A stretch of DNA of 64,000 nt from an uncultured Clostridia bacterium (lineage in GTDB: Bacteria > Bacillota > Clostridia > Oscillospirales > Ruminococcaceae): contig CAMCOD010000001.1 in NCBI GenBank assembly GCA_945876435.1, positions 19,372 through 83,371 of the forward strand, written 5' to 3'. This document shows, piece by piece, positions 19,239 through 28,535 of the stretch (the stretch's first letter is position 1; every line of letters starts with the position of its first letter). The translations under genes were made by a program, and so were the position numbers. Under the pieces are notes generated by a model. That model worked only from the letters and a program-made list of their open reading frames with translations. It was not told where the DNA came from and did no database searches.

Positions 19239-20115
19239 ATCCCACAGCCTCCATTTCGTAAATAAAGATTTCTTCCAGGGTCATGGGAACCGCCTCGCAC
19301 AGCAACGGATTCAGCTTTTCCAGTTTCTCGCTGACCTCCTCCGCTGTTCCCCGGGCCACAATGGAAACCATGCTGCCGCTCTGCTCCAATTTGAGCACAT
19401 CCAGCTCCTGACGGAGCGTTTCTTCGGCAATCATGGGCCGGAAAGCCACCTGCACCTTGCAGAAGCCCAGCTTCAGGTCATTCAGTTCCCTCTGGAAAAG
19501 GATATGTCCCTGATGGAGCAGACCCACCTGGTCGCAAACATCCTCCAGCTCCCGCAGGTTATGGGAAGCAATCAGGACGGTCATCCCCCTCTGCATCACA
19601 TCATCCGCCATCAGCTTCCGCAAAGCCAGCCGCAGCACCGGGTCCAGGCCGTCAAAGGCCTCGTCCAGCAGCAGGTATTTGGACTGACAGGACAGAGCCA
19701 AAATCAGCGCCGCCTGACGGCGCATACCCTTGGAGCTGTTATGCAGTTTTTTATCCCGTCCCATAGGGAATTTGGTCAGCAGATCCTCGTAACGCTCCTG
19801 ATTCCAGTTCAGATACATTTTTTTCAAATATTTCGCCATATCGTCCATGGTAGAACCTGGAAAGAAATAAAGATCATCCGGAACAAAGTAGATCTGTTGT
19901 TTGATTTGTTCATTTTCATAAATTGGCTGTTCATCAATGGTAATACTACCCTCTGTAGGCTGATACACTCCGGCCAACAAACGGAGGAAGGTGGATTTTC
20001 CAGCTCCGTTGGAACCTACCAAACCACAGATACAACCATCGTCAATTTCTGTATTCAGTTGATCCAGGGCCGTTAGCTGGTCAAAACGTTTTATCAAATT
20101 GCAGGCTTTAATCAT
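19213..20115 (-). CDS. ABC transporter ATP-binding protein (YtrB-like)
   Basis: Walker A GSNGAGKST, signature SKGM, LLDEAFDGLD, ASHNL. Confidence 0.95.
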   Translation of the reverse strand: MIKACNLIKRFDQLTALDQLNTEIDDGCICGLVGSNGAGKSTFLRLLAGVYQPTEGSITIDEQPIYENEQIKQQIYFVPDDLYFFPGSTMDDMAKYLKKMYLNWNQERYEDLLTKFPMGRDKKLHNSSKGMRRQAALILALSCQSKYLLLDEAFDGLDPVLRLALRKLMADDVMQRGMTVLIASHNLRELEDVCDQVGLLHQGHILFQRELNDLKLGFCKVQVAFRPMIAEETLRQELDVLKLEQSGSMVSIVARGTAEEVSEKLEKLNPLLCEAVPMTLEEIFIYEMEAVGYDYNNVLF

Positions 20116-20485
20116 GGTCGCTTTCCTCCTTTATCGCCTTTTCCACTATCTCCAAAATCTCTTGGGCTGAGCAGCCTTTGCTGCAGGCCTGCCTCACAGC
20201 AGCGATTACCGCCTCCAGCGCCTTATATTTCAGCTGCTGCTGGCCTTCGCTGTTCCCGGAAATAAAACTTCCCTTTCCCCCAACGGTGTAAATGATGCCT
20301 TCACGCTCCAGCTCCTGATAAGCCTTTTGTACCGTATTGGGGTTGATGCCTACATCTCTTGCCAAAGAACGCACAGAAGGTAATTTTTCATCAGCGGACA
20401 GAATCCCCAGCATGGTCAGTTTCAAAATCTGCTCCTTCAGCTGTTCATAGATGGGTTTGCGGCTTTGCATATCCAGTTTTATCAC
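20108..20485 (-). CDS. GntR family regulator, YtrA subfamily
   Basis: KPIYEQLKEQI, LPSVRSLA, INPNTVQKAYQELEREG, GGKGSF; short 125 aa. Confidence 0.95.
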   Translation of the reverse strand: MIKLDMQSRKPIYEQLKEQILKLTMLGILSADEKLPSVRSLARDVGINPNTVQKAYQELEREGIIYTVGGKGSFISGNSEGQQQLKYKALEAVIAAVRQACSKGCSAQEILEIVEKAIKEESDHD

Positions 20486-20523
20486 TGCAGTTCCTCCCTT
20501 CCCGGTGGAATTATCGTATTAAT

Positions 20524-20578
20524 CGTATTAGTTCGTTTAGTACAGTTACACTATAACACAGCGCTAATACTCTGTCAA
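20524..20578 (-). promoter_or_regulatory. sigma-A promoter and YtrA-type operator of the GntR/ABC operon
   Basis: Minus strand TTGACA(20578-73)-17 bp-TATAGT(20555-50); just downstream an imperfect 7-7-7 palindrome TGTACTA-N7-TAATACG (20544-20524). Confidence 0.7.
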
Positions 20579-20666
20579 CACGTTTTCGATCAATTCAAAA
20601 TTTGTTTATTTTCTTTCCGCTCGATTCATGCTATGATGAAAACAGAGAAATAAAGGAGGGATCTTT

Positions 20667-21995
20667 ATGGCAAAACGAGCAGTCGTGCTGGCCGGAGGCG
20701 GTTCCCGAGGCGCCTATCAAATCGGGGTTTGGAAGGCACTCCGCCAACTGGGCATCACCTATGATATTGTAACTGGCTCCTCTGTCGGCGCTCTCAACGG
20801 GGCTTTGATGGTGCAGGACGATTTTGATGCCGGACTAAAACTATGGGAAAATATTTCCTCCCAAGATGTGATGACCGATATTCTGACCGAAGAAAATCTG
20901 GATCCCCTAGATGCGCCCACCGTATGGCGTACCTTTATTATGGATGTGCTGGAAAAAGGCGGCTGTGATATAACTCCGCTGGAAAATACCCTGCGCCGGC
21001 TGCTGGATGAGCCGCGCTTTCGTTCTTCTCCCATTGAATATGCGCTGGTTACGGTAGAATACCCCACATTAAAGCCTTTGGAACTGACCAAGGAACAAAT
21101 CCCCCAGGGACAGGTTTGTGATTATCTGCTGGCATCCTCTGCCTGTTTCCCAGCCTTTAAACCCAAGGAAATCAATGGTACAAAGTATCTGGACGGTGGC
21201 TACCATGACAACCTTCCGGTCAATCTTGCCCAAAAATTAGGCGCGGAGGAGATCATAGCCGTCGATCTTCAATCCATCGGCGTCATGCGCAAACCCAAAC
21301 TTCCTCCCGGACAAATCACCATGATCCGTTCCCACTGGAACCTGGGCCCATTTATTCTCTTTGACGCCACCTACGCCCGCCGGAACATCGCTTTGGGCTA
21401 TCTGGATGGCCAAAAGGCTTTTGGTAAGCTTTCCGGATGGAAATATGCTTTTCTGCCGGAAGATTGCCAGCAAAATGCTCAACAGCTTCTGCCCGTTTTT
21501 CTGACGACTATGGTGGATGCCCGCAAACAGAACCTGACTTTGGTCAATACATTGGAATCCATGCTGTACCGCAATATCCTCAAAGCCTTCTCGCTCCTTG
21601 AGATCGAGGAAGAAAACGTGACCCTGGGCAGAGTTCTTCTTCTTCTGGCGGAATACGCGGGAGAGATTTTCCGGATCGAACCCACCGTGGTATATCCTTT
21701 TTCCGATTTTCATGAGCAGCTTCTGGCTCAATTCCAAAAAGTCCGCAAGGACGCGGACTTTTCTTTCCAAGGCTGGAGCTCCATCCCCAAAATCATAGAC
21801 GAGTTGAAACAGCATGATCGTATGTTCATCGCCGCCTATCTTTATGAACAGCTGAAAGAGCTATTTACGAAAGACGGAAAACCCCGCAATCTGCTGCTTT
21901 TTGTTCCGGCTTTCCCGGAAGAACTGCTGGCGGCTTTTTACCTGCTTCTGCTGGAGCGCCGCTATGTTTCTTATCAGTGGCCTGCGCTGTTCTGA
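20667..21995 (+). CDS. patatin-like phospholipase
   Basis: GGGSRG glycine loop, GSSVG nucleophile, YLDGG catalytic Asp motif; long helical C-terminal extension. Confidence 0.92.
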   Translation: MAKRAVVLAGGGSRGAYQIGVWKALRQLGITYDIVTGSSVGALNGALMVQDDFDAGLKLWENISSQDVMTDILTEENLDPLDAPTVWRTFIMDVLEKGGCDITPLENTLRRLLDEPRFRSSPIEYALVTVEYPTLKPLELTKEQIPQGQVCDYLLASSACFPAFKPKEINGTKYLDGGYHDNLPVNLAQKLGAEEIIAVDLQSIGVMRKPKLPPGQITMIRSHWNLGPFILFDATYARRNIALGYLDGQKAFGKLSGWKYAFLPEDCQQNAQQLLPVFLTTMVDARKQNLTLVNTLESMLYRNILKAFSLLEIEEENVTLGRVLLLLAEYAGEIFRIEPTVVYPFSDFHEQLLAQFQKVRKDADFSFQGWSSIPKIIDELKQHDRMFIAAYLYEQLKELFTKDGKPRNLLLFVPAFPEELLAAFYLLLLERRYVSYQWPALF

Positions 21996-22057
21996 TTTTC
22001 CACAAAAAACGGTTTATATGGTTAAAAAGAGCCGGTGCTGCTACGCACCGGCTCTTT

Positions 22058-22591
22058 TTAACTCTTTTTTGTAAAATCTACAAAATCCTCCGGCAGCAGT
22101 TCATAGTCTACCGCGCTCTGCCACTGTCCCAACTGGTCCCGCCAACTATTGACACGGACATTCTTTTTCCGGAAACCGAGACTTTCATAAACGTGCTGTG
22201 CCCGCTTATTTTCCAAATTGGTATCCAGTACGATGCGTTGATAGCCTTTTCGGAACAGCTCCTCGATCAGCATACTCAAAAATTGCCTGCCATAACCCTT
22301 TTCCTGCCATTTCACCTCACAGATTTTGATCCCAATTTCAGCCGAACCGTCACCTTGATTGTGACAGCACATTTCGCCTACCGTTTCCCCGTCAATTTCC
22401 AGGATCAAACGCCGTCTTGTATCGTCGGAATCCGTTTGCAAATCTTTTTTGACCTTTTCCGCTGTCGTTCCCAACCCTTTGGGGAAACCGGCGTGAGCCA
22501 TTACCGCTCCATCATTCCACCAGTCAGCCAGTCTCTGAGCATCACCACTTCCTGCATCGCGGATCATTAAGCTTTTGTACTGTAAATTCAT
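22058..22591 (-). CDS. GNAT (RimJ/RimL-like) N-acetyltransferase
   Basis: EIGIKICEVKWQEKGYG, LDTNLENKRAQHVYESLGF. Confidence 0.85.
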   Translation of the reverse strand: MNLQYKSLMIRDAGSGDAQRLADWWNDGAVMAHAGFPKGLGTTAEKVKKDLQTDSDDTRRRLILEIDGETVGEMCCHNQGDGSAEIGIKICEVKWQEKGYGRQFLSMLIEELFRKGYQRIVLDTNLENKRAQHVYESLGFRKKNVRVNSWRDQLGQWQSAVDYELLPEDFVDFTKKS

Positions 22592-22648
22592 TTATTTTCC
22601 CCCTGCATAAAAAAGAGCCGGTAAAATACCGGCTCTTTTGCATTTTTT

Positions 22649-24721
22649 CTATTCTTCGCTGTTCAATTTGGCAGCTTCTTCGATGATTTTGGCTTCCAGA
22701 TTGCTTGGAACCTGCTCATAGCGGGCAAATTCCAAGGTAAAGTAACCGCGGCCCTGGGAAATAGAGCGCATTGCGGTTGCGAAATCAGACATTTCACTTT
22801 CCGGAACGTCTGCGATGATCTCCTGCAGACCTTCTTCTGTCGGATTCATGCCCAAAACTCTGCCCCGGCGTTTGTTCAACTCACCGATGATATCACCAGT
22901 ATTCACATCCGGAACATAAGCTCTCAGACTGCAGATTGGCTCCAGCAAAACAGGGGAAGCGTCCGGAATACCAGCCTTGAAGGCGATGGACGCAGCCATC
23001 TTGAAGGCCATTTCAGAGGAGTCTACCGGATGGTAGGAACCGTCAACCAGAGTCGCTTTCAGACCAACCACCGGATATCCGGCCAAGGTGCCCTTCTTAA
23101 CGCTCTCCTGCAGGCCTTTTTCAACAGCAGGGAAGAAGCTCTTTGGTACAGCGCCGCCGAAGACCTTTTCCTCAAATACGAAATCGCCTACTGTTGGCTC
23201 GAACTCGATCCAAACATCACCGAACTGTCCATGACCGCCAGATTGTTTCTTATGACGGCCCTGAACCTTTACTTTCTTGCGGATGGTCTCGCGATAGGCA
23301 ACCCGTGGCTGCTCCAAAGTAACCTCCACGCCAAATTTATTTTTCAGCTTGGATACTACAACGTCCAGGTGCTGATCACCCAAACCGCTGATAATCTGCT
23401 GTTTGGTTTCCACATTGTTCTGGTAGCTTACAGTTGGATCTTCTTCCAGCATTCTCTGAATAGCGGCCGCGATCTTGCTTTCATCGCCTTTATCTTTGCC
23501 GCGGATCGCTTTGGAGAAGCAAGGATGCGGCATAGCGGTCTGCTCAAAACGAACCTGGAATTTTGGATCACAGAGGCTGTCGCCGCTGAGAGCGGTAGCC
23601 AGCTTGGTCACTGCACCAATATCACCGGCGGTAATATAAGCCGTATCCTCCTGCTTTTTGCCGCGGAGGTAAACGATTTTGCCCAGACGTTCCGGTTGAC
23701 CGGTGCGGACATTGATAGGATTGGAATCCTGACCCAATTTACCGGAAACCACCTTGATGTAAGACAGTTTGCCTACAAACGGGTCAGCAACGGTCTTGAA
23801 AACATAAGCTGCCAGAGGAGCCTCATCGGTGCATTTTACTTCCACCATATCACCGTTCAGATCTTCCGCGATCTCGCCGCCCTTTTCCCATGGGGATGGC
23901 AGCAGATCAACGATGGCATCCATCAGCATATCCACGCCGTCCAGCGTAAGGTTGGAACCACAGAGAACAGGGGAGATCGCACCACTGTTGACGCCATGGT
24001 GAACGCCCTTGATAATCTCATCCCGAGTAAACTGTTCACCGGAGAAGTATTTTTCAAAGAGTTCTTCGTCTGTTTCCGCAACTGCCTCAGAAATAGCAGC
24101 CTGCAGACCTTCCAGACGGTGACCCATATCCGGCATAGCCACTTCGGATGGCTCGCCTTTTTCATCATATTTATAGGCTTTCTGGTCGATCAGGTTGATG
24201 TAGCACTGAACTTTGTCATTTTCGCTGTAAGGAACAACGATTGGGCAGACACTTGGACCAAACTGAGCCTTCAGGCTTTCCAGAACTTTATAATAATCGC
24301 TGTGCTCTACATCCAGCTTGCTGACATAGAACATGGTTGCTTTTTGCTGTTTTTTTGCCAGATGGTATGCTTTTTCTGTGCCGACAGAAACGCCGTCTTT
24401 GCCGGATACAGCAATCAAAACGGATTCTGCAGGACGGATACCCTCATAAAGTCCTGCTTCAAAGTCAAACAAACCAGGGGTATCCAGCAGGTTGATCTTA
24501 GTAGAGCCCCAGGCAAACGGAGCTATCGAGGAGGCAATGGAAGCCTTTCTCTTAATGGATTCCGCGTCAAAGTCACATACCGTATTTCCCTCTGCGATTT
24601 TGCCCAAACGCTCGGTTACGCCAGCTTTGTAGAGCATAGCCTCTGCCAGAGATGTTTTACCGGAGTCAGAATGGCCAGCCAGCACCACGTTGCGGATCCT
24701 TCCTGCAAGATATTGTTTCAT
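22649..24721 (-). CDS. fusA: elongation factor G paralog (EF-G2-like)
   Basis: GHSDSGKT, DTPG, YRETI, KKQSGGHGQFGDV, DGSYHPVDSSEMAF, VLLEP; not within an rpsL-rpsG-tuf cluster; divergent switch I and G4. Confidence 0.9.
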   Translation of the reverse strand: MKQYLAGRIRNVVLAGHSDSGKTSLAEAMLYKAGVTERLGKIAEGNTVCDFDAESIKRKASIASSIAPFAWGSTKINLLDTPGLFDFEAGLYEGIRPAESVLIAVSGKDGVSVGTEKAYHLAKKQQKATMFYVSKLDVEHSDYYKVLESLKAQFGPSVCPIVVPYSENDKVQCYINLIDQKAYKYDEKGEPSEVAMPDMGHRLEGLQAAISEAVAETDEELFEKYFSGEQFTRDEIIKGVHHGVNSGAISPVLCGSNLTLDGVDMLMDAIVDLLPSPWEKGGEIAEDLNGDMVEVKCTDEAPLAAYVFKTVADPFVGKLSYIKVVSGKLGQDSNPINVRTGQPERLGKIVYLRGKKQEDTAYITAGDIGAVTKLATALSGDSLCDPKFQVRFEQTAMPHPCFSKAIRGKDKGDESKIAAAIQRMLEEDPTVSYQNNVETKQQIISGLGDQHLDVVVSKLKNKFGVEVTLEQPRVAYRETIRKKVKVQGRHKKQSGGHGQFGDVWIEFEPTVGDFVFEEKVFGGAVPKSFFPAVEKGLQESVKKGTLAGYPVVGLKATLVDGSYHPVDSSEMAFKMAASIAFKAGIPDASPVLLEPICSLRAYVPDVNTGDIIGELNKRRGRVLGMNPTEEGLQEIIADVPESEMSDFATAMRSISQGRGYFTLEFARYEQVPSNLEAKIIEEAAKLNSEE

Positions 24722-24846
24722 AGAAAATCGCCCCTTTCCAAATTACGCCGTTTCCCGGCATGCCGCTGTGAATATACAGCCTTTCATCGAAACATATATG
24801 TCAAAATATCAGAATTTCACCCATAGTTTTTTTCGATTACTATTCA

Positions 24847-24875
24847 ATTATAATAAATGCCCTTGACTTTTGCAA
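24847..24875 (-). promoter_or_regulatory. sigma-A promoter of the EF-G paralog
   Basis: Minus strand TTGCAA(24875-70)-17 bp-TATAAT(24852-47). Confidence 0.65.
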
Positions 24876-25037
24876 GGCGTATTCGCAGAAAAAGGCACAA
24901 GATGAAGTAAAAAATAGCAGAGAATAGCTGTGCAAAGTAGCTAAACTTTTCCCAAATTGGCTTCTTTTTGTTTCCTTTTTTCCTTCTTTCTCCTGAAAAA
25001 ATCCATTTTAAAAGGCAGGTTTAAGCCTGCCTTTGGT

Positions 25038-26096
25038 TTACTCTTTCGCAGCCTCAGCCTGGGCTTCCGGTTCAGCCGGTTCGGTCTCTTCTGTGTTCTG
25101 TTCGCTTTCCTGTGCAGCCTTCCACTCTTCCTGGATCTGCTCCCAAAGCTCCGGATACACCTTCTCCACCATAGAACCCAGCAGTTCCGGCAATTCCCGA
25201 TTCTGCATCTGCAAAATACTCCAATCCAATGGATAAAGAGCGTCATTCGCCACTGCATTGCTGTCGGCATACAGCTGGTGGGCTTTAATTGCCTCTGCGG
25301 ACAGGCGGCTGTCATAGAAGATCACATCCGGATTCCATTCCACTGCCTCTTCATCATAAACATAAGAAACCGCACCGTCCTCTGCCGTCTGTTTTTCCGG
25401 TACCTGCCAGTCGGATCCCTCCTGTGCCGGATTTTTCATGCCCAAAAATGCCAACAAATTTCCTTCCCAAGTGTCACCGGTGGCAGCCAGATCCTCACGG
25501 CCCAGCAGAACAACATTTTTCTCTTCTTTTACAGACGTTTCAACCTCTTCCAAAGGCCGCCAAGCCTTCTGCCACTCCTCGGCGAAGGTGTCAGCCCGCT
25601 TCGCGCCTTCTTCCCGGCCATAAAGAGCCAAAAGGACCAGCTCTGCACGCTCCTGAATCTCCTGTTCCGATTCCGGGTGGGGGATCCAGATTACTTCCAC
25701 ATCCATCTGGTACAATTCCGTCAACTGTTCCTCCAACAGCGGTGCATCCGTGAACAAAAGATCCGGCCCAATCGCAGCAACCGCTTCCAAATCTACAAAT
25801 TGAGCCGTACCGCAGTCTGTTTTTTCGGCAGCTTCCGCCGGCGCGTAAGAGCTGACTCCTTTTAAGAATTCATCTTCTCCCAGCTCATAAAACAGCGTGG
25901 TGATTGCCGGCGAAAGGGATACGACGCTGGAGGGAGCTTCCTGGATGGTAAGAGTTTCATGGACCAATTCCAACTGAACCGGAAAGTTCGGATCCGGTTC
26001 CTCCTGCTCTTCCGATTTTGGGTCGGACTTGCAGGCGCAGAGTGCCAGCAGCAAGCCTGCCGTCAGCAAAAAGGCAAAAATTTTTGTATATTTCAT
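25038..26096 (-). CDS. ABC substrate-binding lipoprotein (Fe-siderophore/cobalamin periplasmic-binding fold)
   Basis: Signal peptide with lipobox LCAC; PSSVVSLSPAITTLFYELG, LEAVAAIGPDL. Start moved to ATG 26096 (MKYTKIF). Confidence 0.8.
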   Translation of the reverse strand: MKYTKIFAFLLTAGLLLALCACKSDPKSEEQEEPDPNFPVQLELVHETLTIQEAPSSVVSLSPAITTLFYELGEDEFLKGVSSYAPAEAAEKTDCGTAQFVDLEAVAAIGPDLLFTDAPLLEEQLTELYQMDVEVIWIPHPESEQEIQERAELVLLALYGREEGAKRADTFAEEWQKAWRPLEEVETSVKEEKNVVLLGREDLAATGDTWEGNLLAFLGMKNPAQEGSDWQVPEKQTAEDGAVSYVYDEEAVEWNPDVIFYDSRLSAEAIKAHQLYADSNAVANDALYPLDWSILQMQNRELPELLGSMVEKVYPELWEQIQEEWKAAQESEQNTEETEPAEPEAQAEAAKE

Positions 26097-26261
26097 GGTT
26101 TTGATTCCTTTCTCAGCATTAGCAATACCATCAGTGTACCCTTCCGAAACGACGCTTGTCAATGATCTTCGCAATTTGTTTACAAATTTCAGGCATATTC
26201 TTGTATAAAAGAAAAAAGCGGCCCTTTCGGACCGCTTTTTTCCACTTGTTTTATGGTTTGC

Positions 26262-26456
26262 TTATTTGATGTTATTTTCGTAAGCCTCGATCATTTTCTT
26301 AACCATCTGACCGCCGACAGAACCAGCTTCACGGGAGGTCAGATGACCATTATAGCCCTGCTGCAGATTTACGCCAACTTCATTGGCAGCTTCCATTTTG
26401 AATTTGTTCATGGCTTCTTTTGCTTCTGGTACAACGATTCTATTATTGCTTCTCAT
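26262..26456 (-). CDS. alpha/beta-type small acid-soluble spore protein (SASP), 64 aa
   Basis: KFKMEAANEVGV, LTSREAGSVGGQMVKKMI; ATG 26456 after AAGGAG. Confidence 0.95.
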   Translation of the reverse strand: MRSNNRIVVPEAKEAMNKFKMEAANEVGVNLQQGYNGHLTSREAGSVGGQMVKKMIEAYENNIK

Positions 26457-26565
26457 TTCGAATTCTCCTTTAAACGATTGTTTGGATTTCGGTGTTTGCA
26501 GTAATAGTATCAACCCGGACAAGCAAAATATCAGCGGAAATTTCCGCCACTTTCGAACAAGAAAC

Positions 26566-27045
26566 TTAAAAATAAAAAACATGATTGTCCCTATCCCTGT
26601 CACTCATCAGCAATGTTGCCGTGCAGAGCAGAAGCGCCGGATCATCGGAGGCTCCCGAACAATGGATCACATAGTCGCCCGGCTCCAGAAGCCGGTCGCT
26701 GACGGTATGGATCTCTCGTTGTAAGCTGACAACCGCCTGATCCAGGGACATTCCGGACAACACCAGTGTATCATAAGGAGAAAATCCGCAGGTCAGCGTC
26801 CGCAGATGATTGCGCTGGGCCATACGGGTAACACCCTCCTGGGATGCATCAAAAATGCACCAGTATTCTTCCGGCTCCGGACGGTGCAACAGGATAAATT
26901 CATCCCGTCTGGCAATCTGCCTCAGAAGCGAAGAAGGTAATTTTCCATAATTTTTTCCCGCCGCCAGCGAAGCTGGGATCTGTTTTTTTAGAATATTTCC
27001 GCATTTCTCTTGTGTTTTTTTGCCAAATAACATCACTTCCAGCAT
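26566..27045 (-). CDS. hypothetical protein (159 aa)
   Basis: RBS GAGGTGG before ATG 27045; VVSLQREI..V....LEPGD segment looks protein-like; no family recognised with confidence. Confidence 0.6.
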   Translation of the reverse strand: MLEVMLFGKKTQEKCGNILKKQIPASLAAGKNYGKLPSSLLRQIARRDEFILLHRPEPEEYWCIFDASQEGVTRMAQRNHLRTLTCGFSPYDTLVLSGMSLDQAVVSLQREIHTVSDRLLEPGDYVIHCSGASDDPALLLCTATLLMSDRDRDNHVFYF

Positions 27046-27168
27046 GATTCCACCTCTTACCTTAGTATGGGCGGATTTTTCCTTCTTATCCCATGAGGCG
27101 TCCTCAAGAAAATGAAAAATCCCCAATCGGACGATCAGGGATTTTCCTTCATAACAATCTTACTGCAA

Positions 27169-27483
27169 CTATTTCAGAGCGTTCAGGCGTTCCAAATATT
27201 TTGCCTTGGGATAACCGCCCACCAGACGGTCCACCTCCTGGCCATCTTTGAAAAAGATCACAGTGGGAATACTCATTACCCGGAATTCCTTAGCCAGATC
27301 CCGGTTTTCATCCACGTTAACTTTTCCAATCTTAACCGAACCTTCCAGTTCCTGCCCCAGTTCCTCAATCACCGGGAGCAGTGCTTGGCAAGGCATACAC
27401 CAGGTTGCCCAGAAATCCACCATGGAAACCCCTTCTGCAGTCATGGTTTCAAAACTCTCTTTGTTCAGATGTGCGACAGACAT
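27169..27483 (-). CDS. trxA: thioredoxin
   Basis: VDFWATWCMPC, KVNVDEN, VMSIPT; ATG 27483 after AAGGAGG. Confidence 0.95.
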   Translation of the reverse strand: MSVAHLNKESFETMTAEGVSMVDFWATWCMPCQALLPVIEELGQELEGSVKIGKVNVDENRDLAKEFRVMSIPTVIFFKDGQEVDRLVGGYPKAKYLERLNALK

Positions 27484-27743
27484 GTGCAAACCTCCTTGAT
27501 TTTTGTATCATGGTCTATGAAAAAGCCGCTTTCGCACATTTTGTGCCAAACTCAGCCTCATAAACATGTAATAGAATACCCGTTTTCTTTGCTTACGCAG
27601 TTATTATATCATATTATCCATAATTATAAAGGTTTTTGTCTTAAAATCTTCCCACACTTTATATTATACCGAATAAGTATAGAATTGCAATCCTTTTGCT
27701 CATAATATTTGAAAAAAACTTTTGATTTATTGGAAAAAAGGTG

Positions 27744-27771
27744 TTGACATTTTTAAAAAAAGAGTTATAAT
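27744..27771 (+). promoter_or_regulatory. consensus sigma-A promoter of the tRNA pair
   Basis: TTGACA(27744-49)-16 bp-TATAAT(27766-71). Confidence 0.85.
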
Positions 27772-27802
27772 AATAAACGTTGATTCAGTCAACGCAAGAA
27801 AT

Positions 27803-27876
27803 TGCCCGATTGTGTAAGGGTAGCACGACAGACTCTGACTCTGTTTGTCTGGGTTCAAATCCTAGTCGGGCAGCCA
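27803..27876 (+). tRNA. tRNA-Gln(CTG)
   Basis: Acceptor TGCCCGA/TCGGGCA, anticodon arm ACAGA-CT-CTG-AC-TCTGT, T-loop GGTTCAAATCC, encoded CCA. Confidence 0.95.
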
Positions 27877-27936
27877 CCATCAAAATCCCAATCCCTGTGA
27901 TTGGGATTTTGATTATCTGAAAAAAACAACTGGTAC

Positions 27937-28013
27937 CGGGGTATAGCGCAGTTTGGTAGCGCGCTTGGTTCGGGACTAAGAGGCCGCGGGTTCAAGTCCC
28001 GCTACTCCGACCA
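27937..28013 (+). tRNA. tRNA-Pro(CGG)
   Basis: Acceptor CGGGGTA/TACTCCG, anticodon arm CTTGG-TT-CGG-GA-CTAAG, GGTTCAAGTCC, encoded CCA; followed by terminator AAATAACCAGCATCT/AGATGCTGGTTATTT. Confidence 0.95.
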
Positions 28014-28161
28014 AATAACCAGCATCTTAACAGATGCTGGTTATTTTTTTGCCAGCGAAAAACTCATCTGTGCGAAACTTTTCTCCGCATCCCGCATGAT
28101 TTTTGTTTTTATGGGCAAGCTGTTTGTGCATTGTTCAGCAAAACAAAAACGAGGTGTCGTG

Positions 28162-28341
28162 ATGAACACAAACAAACTGCCTCTGGGTTTTGGCTTTGCG
28201 CTGGCCCAGAATCCGGAAGCTATGAAGGCATTCTCCAGCCTTACGGAAGCCCAGCAAGCTGAAATCCTTCAAAAAGCCCATGCTGTTTCGTCAAAGGATG
28301 AAATGCAGACCTTAGTGAACAGGCTGTCCGCGCAGGGATAA
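28162..28341 (+). CDS. small conserved-looking hypothetical protein (59 aa)
   Basis: RBS GAGGTG, ATG 28162; LPLGFGFALAQNPEAM...SKDEMQTLV; upstream GCATG-N15-GGCAAGCTG resembles a SigF/SigG promoter. Confidence 0.75.
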   Translation: MNTNKLPLGFGFALAQNPEAMKAFSSLTEAQQAEILQKAHAVSSKDEMQTLVNRLSAQG

Positions 28342-28386
28342 ACCCGCAGTGAGCAAGCAACCCGAAATCCATGGTAGGATTTACAT

Positions 28387-28415
28387 TTGCAAACTGCGTA
28401 CAATACCGCTATACT
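28387..28415 (+). promoter_or_regulatory. sigma-A-type promoter of the 21-aa peptide gene
   Basis: TTGCAA(28387-92)-17 bp-TATACT(28410-15). Confidence 0.65.
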
Positions 28416-28459
28416 TTTATTGTGCTCGCGAGACAAATCTATACCAGGAGGTCAGCAAG

Positions 28460-28525
28460 ATGTGTAAATTCAATTGCAACTTCATCTGGCAGATTCTCAG
28501 CCAGTTGTGCGGTTTTGGCTGCTAA
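28460..28525 (+). CDS. 21-aa cysteine-rich small peptide MCKFNCNFIWQILSQLCGFGC
   Basis: AGGAGG 28446-51, 8-nt spacer, ATG 28460, TAA 28523-25; own promoter and terminator; below the ORF-track size cutoff. Confidence 0.75.
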   Translation: MCKFNCNFIWQILSQLCGFGC

Positions 28526-28535
28526 TGCACAGTCC

